Positions 57,429 to 64,000 of a stretch of 64,000 nt of DNA are shown piece after piece; the stretch's first letter is position 1; each line of letters begins with the position of its first letter. This DNA is from Enterococcus phage vB_OCPT_CCS1. The notes under the pieces were generated by a model. The model saw nothing but the letters and a program-made list of their open reading frames with translations. It had not been told where the DNA came from and did not search any database. The DNA is taken from the sequence record ON113170.1. One strand, 5' to 3'. Both the position numbers and the translations under genes were made by a program.

Positions 57429-59615
57429 CAATTTGATATTCGTTTCTTAATGAACACAAAAGGGTTTGCTTATTTTGAGAATAACCGTGATACATTGATT
57501 GGGTACTACTTAATCGTAGCACAGAAAATTGAAAGCTCTAAACGTTTGTCAGACCTTGCTTATGAATTAACTGATATGGGCGGTTATGATAACCCGTTAG
57601 AAGACTATAAGAAGAAATACAAGGAAGACTACATTGCTCGTAAGAAAGCTGAAATTGATGAGTTAAAAGCTTCTGAGAAAGCACGTGTAGAGAAGGAATA
57701 CAAACTAGCACAGGCTAAATACAAAGAAGAAGTGGCAAAAGCTAAGAAATTAGGTAAGTCTACTAAATCAATTTTGAAACCTGTAAAAGAAAAAGTAGTT
57801 GTTCCTTCTAAGACAGAAGTTAAAACTGTGAATGAAATTGATGGAGGGGACTTTAACTATGATTGGATTCCATTAGAAATTATGCACCCATACGCAAGTG
57901 GAGATACAGATTGTTGCTTACGTATTTATAACGTACTATACCAACGAATTGCTCCTCATGAAAAGATTCTAGCTCTTTGGACAGACTTCTATCCTAAACT
58001 TACACGGACACTTGCTCATCTAGAAGCAGAAGGTATCTTCGTTGATAAAGAATATGCGAAAGTTCTTGAAAAGGTATATGCAGAAGAGGAAGAACGTCTT
58101 ATTGAAGAACTACGTAAGTTCCCCGCTGTTAAAGAGTTAGAAGCAGAGCACATGGCACTCTATAAAGCAGGTCTAGAAGAATGGAAGAAACCCAAGTCAG
58201 AACGAGACGAAGAGGTTGCTAAACTTCGTGATAAATATAAGATTTCTGATAAGGAAAACAAAGTTAAGTTCAATCCCGGCTCTGCTGTCCATAAAGGAAA
58301 AGTTCTTTATAAGATTCTTGGTCTAACATTACCTTATGACAAAGAGTCCATTAAAGAAAAACCTTTTGATAATGGTGTTCCTGAAAATGAATTAACTTGG
58401 GAAGACTACAAGACAGATAAACATGCTTTGGGCTATATCGCAGAGCACAATGAAGATGCAAAAGAATTAGCAGAAATGCTACTGGAATACTCTAAAGTAA
58501 ACACCTTGAAGAACAACTTTGCTCAGAAACTTCCGTTACTAGCTTCAAACAAAGATGGAAAAGTACATGGTTCGTTCAAGATTACTGGTACAGAAACAAG
58601 CCGTTTATCTTCTAAAGAACCTAATATGCAACAAGTACCATCTAAAGTTGGAGACCCTAAACGTTTTGACTATACGTACCCAATTAAGCGTATGTTTAAA
58701 ACAAGCTTTGAAAACGGAGCTTTATTACAGCTCGACTACTCAGCCCTAGAAATGCGTATTCTAGCTTTAGTAGCCGGAGACGAAGCTATGACCCAAGCTT
58801 TCTTAGATGGAGAGGACTTACACAAATCAACCGCTTCTATTGTTTGGAAAGTACCTGTATCAGAAGTATCTAAGGATATGCGTAAGAATGCTAAGAGTGT
58901 TAACTTTGGTATTGCTTATGGGGAAACACCTTTCTCTATTGCTCCTAAATTAGGTGTAACACCCGAGGAAGCTGAACGTATTTTTGAAGACTACTTTGCA
59001 AATAAACCACGTATTAAATCCTTTATTGATGAAACACATGAGTTTGTTAAAGAAAACGGATATGTAGATACCTTACAAGGACATCGTAGATTAATTCGTG
59101 ATGCGTTCTCTAAAGACCGTAACACATTCAATGGCGCTTTACGTAAATCAGTAAACACAATCATTCAAGGAACTGGTGCATATTTAACAAACATGTCTCT
59201 GGTGTATATTGACGATTATCTAAGAACTAAAGGTATGAAGTCTCGTATTGCTATTACAGTACATGACTCCATTGTAATTGATTGTCCTCGTGAAGAAGTA
59301 GACGAAGTAGCAAAAGTAGCTTGTTTTATCATGGAAAACCTACCGATTGATTTCTTAACAATTAATTGGAAAGGGGAACAAATGCGATTTCCTATTGTAG
59401 CCGATGTAGAAATCGGGGAAAACTACAATGACATGGTAGACTATGATGCAGACGAAGTGAACAAATTTGCTTCTTATAAAGGATATGTTAAGTATTACAA
59501 AGACCAAGCTAAATTTGAGGACTATAAGAACGCAGGTATGATTAGTGAGGAACAAATGGAAGTCGGTATTAATGCAGTTAAGGCTTCTATAGAACAGTAC
59601 AAACTAATTGTGTAA
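57429..59615 (+). CDS. DNA polymerase I family, exon 2: remainder of the Exo II motif, Exo III and the polymerase domain
   Basis: QFDIRFLM continues the Exo II motif; Pol A motif A DYSALEMRILA, motif B RKNAKSVNFGIAYGETPFS, motif C VHDSIVIDCP. Confidence 0.85.
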   Translation, partial: QFDIRFLMNTKGFAYFENNRDTLIGYYLIVAQKIESSKRLSDLAYELTDMGGYDNPLEDYKKKYKEDYIARKKAEIDELKASEKARVEKEYKLAQAKYKEEVAKAKKLGKSTKSILKPVKEKVVVPSKTEVKTVNEIDGGDFNYDWIPLEIMHPYASGDTDCCLRIYNVLYQRIAPHEKILALWTDFYPKLTRTLAHLEAEGIFVDKEYAKVLEKVYAEEEERLIEELRKFPAVKELEAEHMALYKAGLEEWKKPKSERDEEVAKLRDKYKISDKENKVKFNPGSAVHKGKVLYKILGLTLPYDKESIKEKPFDNGVPENELTWEDYKTDKHALGYIAEHNEDAKELAEMLLEYSKVNTLKNNFAQKLPLLASNKDGKVHGSFKITGTETSRLSSKEPNMQQVPSKVGDPKRFDYTYPIKRMFKTSFENGALLQLDYSALEMRILALVAGDEAMTQAFLDGEDLHKSTASIVWKVPVSEVSKDMRKNAKSVNFGIAYGETPFSIAPKLGVTPEEAERIFEDYFANKPRIKSFIDETHEFVKENGYVDTLQGHRRLIRDAFSKDRNTFNGALRKSVNTIIQGTGAYLTNMSLVYIDDYLRTKGMKSRIAITVHDSIVIDCPREEVDEVAKVACFIMENLPIDFLTINWKGEQMRFPIVADVEIGENYNDMVDYDADEVNKFASYKGYVKYYKDQAKFEDYKNAGMISEEQMEVGINAVKASIEQYKLIV

Positions 59616-59665
59616 GTCTTACAAGTTTATTTAAAAAAGTTACAAAATGATGTTGCCCTAACTTG

Positions 59666-59676
59666 TAATGTGTGCT
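59666..59676 (+). promoter_or_regulatory. extended -10 promoter TGTGCTATAAT, with -35-like TTGCCC 17 nt upstream
   Basis: same 11-mer as at 6188, 13682 and 21688; followed by a 5' UTR hairpin (cagaca...tgtctg, 59692-59713). Confidence 0.5.
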
Positions 59677-59737
59677 ATAATAATAGAGCAGACAGGTTAG
59701 GGAATGTCTGTAATACCGGAAAGGAGAATAAGACAGT

Positions 59738-60268
59738 GTGCTAGACTTACGAGTGAACGACCTTGAATTTCGTAAGATACGAGTTACCGATGAGAACGGT
59801 GAAACAATTGTGTTTGACCTTACAGAGGAACTACAGGTAAACGAGTTTAGTGTACGCCAAGCGTTCTTAGAACAACCGGCTAAATACACGTATTGGACTT
59901 CTTTACTTGAACGCTTACGAATGTACCAAGAAAACTACGAGTTACAAGCTGAGAAGCGTAAAGCAGAACTGTATGAGCCTTCTAGAAAGTCTTTGATTGA
60001 GCAAGGGGTAACTAAGCCAACAAAAGACCAAATAGAAGCACAGATTATGCTTGACGAACAGTATTATGCTCTGAGACAGAACATAATCAGTTTAACATTT
60101 AATGTTAGACAAGTGCAATATGTAGTAAAAGCCTTTGAACAAAGGAAAGACATGTTGATTCAGTATGGTGCAGACTTACGGAGGGATTTCGAGTATAGCC
60201 AGAAAGTGTCTATGCCAGACCCACTAAAAGGTCAAAGGACAAGTTATAGCAATCCATATAACACATAA
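59738..60268 (+). CDS. hypothetical protein (176 aa)
   Basis: GTG start 10 nt after an AAGGAGA RBS. Confidence 0.5.
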   Translation: MLDLRVNDLEFRKIRVTDENGETIVFDLTEELQVNEFSVRQAFLEQPAKYTYWTSLLERLRMYQENYELQAEKRKAELYEPSRKSLIEQGVTKPTKDQIEAQIMLDEQYYALRQNIISLTFNVRQVQYVVKAFEQRKDMLIQYGADLRRDFEYSQKVSMPDPLKGQRTSYSNPYNT

Positions 60269-60340
60269 CCTTAGAACCTAGTTGAACAACACATAATTCG
60301 AGAAACCAAAATAAAAAAACAAAAGAATGGAGAAATTAAA

Positions 60341-61657
60341 GTGAACTTTCAAGAACAATTAAAACAACAACTTGCCCAACAAAACCGAGGAGAACGTGCT
60401 GAGGTAGACTATCCTTCCAATCATCTTAAACATAAAGAGTTATTTATTCCAAAAGAAACTAATCACGTATTAGTTCGTATCTTACCTCCTAGTGTTTCTG
60501 GTGAGAACTACAACCAAATGGTTCGTGAAATCTTTTTACAAGCTCGTAACCAAAATGGTAAAGAACTAAAATTAAATGCTGTCTTATCTGCATTCCCTAA
60601 CGTAGAAGACCCATTAGACCAAGCACTTATTAACTGGAATGCACAAAACCGTGTTCCTAACAAATGGAACAAGAACGCAACTCCAACTAAAAAGTATCTG
60701 GCTAATGTTATCCAATTGATTAAAGACCCACAAACAAATCAATACCGATATGAAACTGACGAGCAAGGAAACTTAATGATTCGTCTATTTAAGCTATCAC
60801 ATTCAGCTTGTCAAGCAATCAATGCTAAACTAACTGATACTATGTTAACACCAAACTTTAGCCCTGATGTTCCTGATTCTGTTAAACAATACAGCTTCAT
60901 CTCATCTGCGGAAGCATTCCCAATCATGATTAGCAAACCTGCTAAAGGCTCTGGTCAAATGTCTTATGGCGTAGATGTTTATAGTAACATGCCTCTAGGA
61001 GCTTTACCACAAGGTTGGGAAACTCAACTAGAAGACTTAGCTTACCAAGCTACACCTTCATACAGTTACAATAAAGATTACATTGATTACTTTATTGATG
61101 TAGTAAACGGTGTTGAACCTGTGAGCCAAGCACAAGGTGGACAACAAGCACAACCACAACAAGGTTACCAAGCTCCTGCAATGGGACAAGGCTTTGCTTC
61201 TGCTCCACAACAACCTGCTTACAACATGGCACAACCACAGCAACCAATGAATACTGGTTTTAACCAACAACCTGTAGCTCCAGTTCAACCACAAGCTACA
61301 AACATGGGTACCCCTTCATTTGGTCAAACAAATATGGGAACAGCACCTACAATGAACGGTGGATTTGCACAAGCACCACAACAACCTGTACAACCTGCTC
61401 CAATTGCAGACCCTATGGGTTTTCAAATGCCAATGAATCAAGCACCAGTAACTGACCCATCTACTATTTCAGATGCTGATATGCCTTTTAACATGCAAGC
61501 AATGCCAGATGTAACACCGCAAGCAACAAGTGTTCCTGAGCAACCAGTAGTTGCAACTCCTGAACCACTACAACAAGCTCCTGTAGCACCGGTAGAAACA
61601 GCTACAAATACTACTTTACCAGATGTTGATAGCTTGCTACAACAAATGCAAGGTTAG
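60341..61657 (+). CDS. single-stranded DNA-binding protein, T4 gp32-like, with long Gln/Pro-rich C-terminal tail
   Basis: VLVRILPPS resembles the gp32 AVIRFLPS segment; N-terminal ~250 aa globular, then a low-complexity QQAQPQQGYQAP tail and an acidic end; lies next to the recombinase gene. Confidence 0.4.
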   Translation: MNFQEQLKQQLAQQNRGERAEVDYPSNHLKHKELFIPKETNHVLVRILPPSVSGENYNQMVREIFLQARNQNGKELKLNAVLSAFPNVEDPLDQALINWNAQNRVPNKWNKNATPTKKYLANVIQLIKDPQTNQYRYETDEQGNLMIRLFKLSHSACQAINAKLTDTMLTPNFSPDVPDSVKQYSFISSAEAFPIMISKPAKGSGQMSYGVDVYSNMPLGALPQGWETQLEDLAYQATPSYSYNKDYIDYFIDVVNGVEPVSQAQGGQQAQPQQGYQAPAMGQGFASAPQQPAYNMAQPQQPMNTGFNQQPVAPVQPQATNMGTPSFGQTNMGTAPTMNGGFAQAPQQPVQPAPIADPMGFQMPMNQAPVTDPSTISDADMPFNMQAMPDVTPQATSVPEQPVVATPEPLQQAPVAPVETATNTTLPDVDSLLQQMQG

Positions 61658-61670
61658 TAATAGAGGGACA

Positions 61671-61699
61671 GGGGGCTGAAATAGCCCCTTCTTCTATTT
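61671..61699 (+). terminator. rho-independent terminator (ggggct-gaaat-agcccc followed by a T-rich run)
   Basis: hairpin plus ttcttctattt. Confidence 0.55.
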
Positions 61700-61737
61700 A
61701 AATTTGATATGTAATTCATTACTAGGAGGAACAAATC

Positions 61738-62985
61738 TTGGCAAGAAAAAGACAAAGTGAAACAGTAGAAGCAGGTACAATTGATTTAACAAAAGAATTG
61801 GGCTTAACTTCTTTTAGAGATACAAAATTTTCTAGTGTAGCAGACCGACTACCTACAATGATTCCTCAATTAGACTACATCTTAGGCGGAGGACTTCCAT
61901 TTGGACGTATGGTAGAAGTTATCGGAAAGAACTCTAGTGGTAAATCTACTTTTGCAGTACACCTTACTAAAATTGCTCAACTATTGAAGGTGCCAACATT
62001 GTGGATTGACGTAGAGGGAACTGCTGACCCTGACCGTTTAGCTGAACTGGGAGTAAACCCTGATGCAGGGGATGTATTCATGGTAGAGCCTGCTTTGAAA
62101 AAAGATGGTACTAAGGATACAATGACAGTAGAACGGGTAGCAGAAGAACTACAACGTATCCTACCAGTAATTAATAAGACAGGTAAACCTATTTTAATCA
62201 TCTGGGATTCCGTAGCACAGACTGCCGCTGAAAAAGAAATTGAACGTGGTGTAGGTAACCAACAACCGGGTATTAAAGCTAAAGCAATGGCACAATTCTC
62301 ACAAATCATTGCACCTTTAATGACTAATTCGAAAGCATTATTTGTTGCAATTAACCAAGCTCGTGATGAGATGGGTAGTATGTTCGGAGGTATTGATTCT
62401 CCGGGAGGACATGCACTTCACCACTGGGCAAGCCTACGACTAGAAGTCCAAAAAGCAAGTAAGATTGAAAATAGTGAAGTAAACGCCTTTGGTGTAGAAG
62501 AGAAGTCTTATATCGGACACATCATGCGTATTAAGACGTTAAAATCTAAAGTATCTAGACCACAGCAAAAAGCTGAAATGTACCTAATGGCTGATTCCGG
62601 TTTAGACCTTGAAGAAAACATCTACCGTGCATGTTTCGCAACTAATAAGCAATATGGATTTATTAGCGGTGGTGCATGGAAAGCTTACACAACAGATTCA
62701 GGTCAAGAAATCAAGTTTAATTCTGAAAAGAATTGGGTAGACTTCCTGAAATCAGAAGAAGGGCAACCTGTACGTGATGAACTATTTGCTAAAATGATGG
62801 CTCGTAGTTTCCCTAATGGATATGCACCTTATAAAAATGAAGAGATTGACATTTGTCAAATACCATTATATAAATACGTTAAAGATTACATGGAAACTCA
62901 TAAAGAAGAAGCACAACCTGTAGAAGAGCAAACAGCTCCTGTATCTGCAACAGATGTTTCAGACTTATTAGACCAAATTAAGTAA
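61738..62985 (+). CDS. RecA-family recombinase (UvsX/RecA-like)
   Basis: TTG start after AGGAGG; Walker A GKNSSGKST; Walker B ILIIWDSVA; RecA-like core followed by a C-terminal extension. Confidence 0.7.
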   Translation: MARKRQSETVEAGTIDLTKELGLTSFRDTKFSSVADRLPTMIPQLDYILGGGLPFGRMVEVIGKNSSGKSTFAVHLTKIAQLLKVPTLWIDVEGTADPDRLAELGVNPDAGDVFMVEPALKKDGTKDTMTVERVAEELQRILPVINKTGKPILIIWDSVAQTAAEKEIERGVGNQQPGIKAKAMAQFSQIIAPLMTNSKALFVAINQARDEMGSMFGGIDSPGGHALHHWASLRLEVQKASKIENSEVNAFGVEEKSYIGHIMRIKTLKSKVSRPQQKAEMYLMADSGLDLEENIYRACFATNKQYGFISGGAWKAYTTDSGQEIKFNSEKNWVDFLKSEEGQPVRDELFAKMMARSFPNGYAPYKNEEIDICQIPLYKYVKDYMETHKEEAQPVEEQTAPVSATDVSDLLDQIK

Positions 62986-63006
62986 GGGGCGTTATGCCCC
63001 TTTTTA
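62985..63006 (+). terminator. rho-independent terminator (aggggc-gttat-gcccct followed by T5)
   Basis: 6-bp GC stem followed by tttttat. Confidence 0.7.
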
Positions 63007-63027
63007 TAAGAGATGGAGGAAACCTAA

Positions 63028-63402
63028 TTGCGTAAAACTACACCAGTTAACACTGTACTAGAAGCCTTAGAAATGTTTCAACAAGGAACAACAACTACAG
63101 AGGTTCGTATGCCTGTTTCTTTACAATCTGTACGTAAACGTTTCTTAGATGCTAAAGAAGCGGGAAAACGTGTATTGATTGAAAACTCTGATTTAAGTAG
63201 TGCAAACTCTGTTGTTGTTGATATTGACTATGTAGGTAGCCGTTGGTGCTTAGGTTATCAAAAAGTATTGTACTTTGGAGAAGAGATACGCATTCCACAT
63301 ACTATTCACTTTTGCGATGTATATGGGGCTTATGGTAATGAAGCACAAAGGAGTAAACGACAAGTGAAAATCATTTTTGAAGGAGAGAACCCTTTTGAGT
63401 AG
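63028..63402 (+). CDS. hypothetical protein (124 aa)
   Basis: TTG start after GGAGGAAA RBS. Confidence 0.5.
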   Translation: MRKTTPVNTVLEALEMFQQGTTTTEVRMPVSLQSVRKRFLDAKEAGKRVLIENSDLSSANSVVVDIDYVGSRWCLGYQKVLYFGEEIRIPHTIHFCDVYGAYGNEAQRSKRQVKIIFEGENPFE

Positions 63403-64000
63403 AGACCTTAACAAAGAGGAACGTGAGATTAGAAACGGAAATCGTTTCATTACTGAGGTTCACGGTAAGGGGGTCTTTCCACGAGATGTTGATAGACTGT
63501 ACCACCGTTATGCCAACTTACGTTACAAGGTCTATAACACTCATAAAGACTCTTTTCGAAGTGAAGCCTCACGAAAAGAACTAAGAAGTTATATTGATGA
63601 ACAGTTTATCAAGTTAACGAAAGAATATGATATTAACGGAGAGGTTGACTTTCCGGGATATATCAAAAAGGCTCTTAATCTAAGAGTTAGACATAGTTTT
63701 GTGAAAGGACGTTTCCGTGATAGTGCTCGTGAACGTCTGGGCGCAGAGGACAATGAGATTGAAACCTTACTGGGAACAGATACCTCTTCTCAGGAAGCGA
63801 TTGAAGATGCTGAACTAATTGATGATTTACTATCTAAAGCGAAGTTTAGCCCTGTAGAGTTAGCCGTGTTCAGCTACTTACTACGAGGCAAGGTAAAAGA
63901 TGCCAACATCATTAAAGAGGTGTCAGCGAAGTATAAAGTATCTCAAAAGTCCGTTAGAGATGCAATCAAAAACGTGCGAGAGTACGTTGCGTTAAATCTT
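63395..64000 (+). CDS. phage-encoded RNA polymerase sigma factor (truncated by the 3' window edge)
   Basis: TTG 63395 with AGGAGA RBS 8 nt upstream; region-2-like DFPGYIKKALNLRVRHSF and region-4 HTH-like FSPVELAVFSYLLRGKVKDANIIKEVSAKYKVSQKSVRDAIKNVRE; missed by the ORF track because the frame runs off the window. Confidence 0.55.
   Translation, partial: MSRDLNKEEREIRNGNRFITEVHGKGVFPRDVDRLYHRYANLRYKVYNTHKDSFRSEASRKELRSYIDEQFIKLTKEYDINGEVDFPGYIKKALNLRVRHSFVKGRFRDSARERLGAEDNEIETLLGTDTSSQEAIEDAELIDDLLSKAKFSPVELAVFSYLLRGKVKDANIIKEVSAKYKVSQKSVRDAIKNVREYVALNL

Noticed and set aside
151-62309. All minus-strand ORFs in the track (for example 42304-42849, 48179-48733, 9342-9794, 16231-16608)
   Set aside because: Each is nested antisense inside a long, well-supported + strand gene. 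They have low-complexity Ser/Leu/Lys-rich translations and no RBS. They are taken as frame artefacts.

Overview
This window reads as a contiguous segment of a large lytic Bacillus-type myophage, SPO1-like (Herelleviridae-like). The host call rests on AGGAGG-type ribosome-binding sites, sigma-A consensus promoters and rho-independent terminators. Every credible gene is on the + strand; all minus-strand ORFs in the track are short, low-complexity and nested in long + strand genes.

The first ~39 kb is a virion-morphogenesis module:
- neck or connector proteins, tail sheath (569 aa) and tail tube (140 aa)
- two tail-assembly chaperones, and a 1214-aa tape-measure protein carrying a lytic transglycosylase (SLT) domain
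- an NlpC/P60 tail lysin
- a giant 2654-aa modular fibre/adhesin with six ~110-aa repeats and carbohydrate-binding-like modules
- LysM-containing and gpJ-like baseplate proteins, and further large receptor-binding proteins with Big_2 and CBM-like repeats

A free-standing HNH-like endonuclease and an AT-rich repeat region separate this from a DNA-metabolism module:
- an SF2 helicase, a DnaB-like helicase, SbcD/Mre11- and SbcC/Rad50-like nucleases, and a DnaG-like primase
- a dUTPase homologue interrupted by an in-frame stop
- an Hjc-like resolvase, a DUF3310-like protein, and a TF1/HU-like DNA-binding protein
- a family-A DNA polymerase split by a group I intron that carries an HNH endonuclease
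- a gp32-like SSB, a RecA/UvsX-like recombinase, and the start of a phage sigma factor

The most unusual items are: the split dUTPase, the intron-containing polymerase, two candidate programmed frameshift sites, a consensus promoter and terminator bracketing a possible ~85-nt small RNA, and the repeat-rich giant tail protein. I found no CRISPR array, tRNA, integrase or obvious known defence system. All functional calls are from motif recognition by eye; no database search was run.
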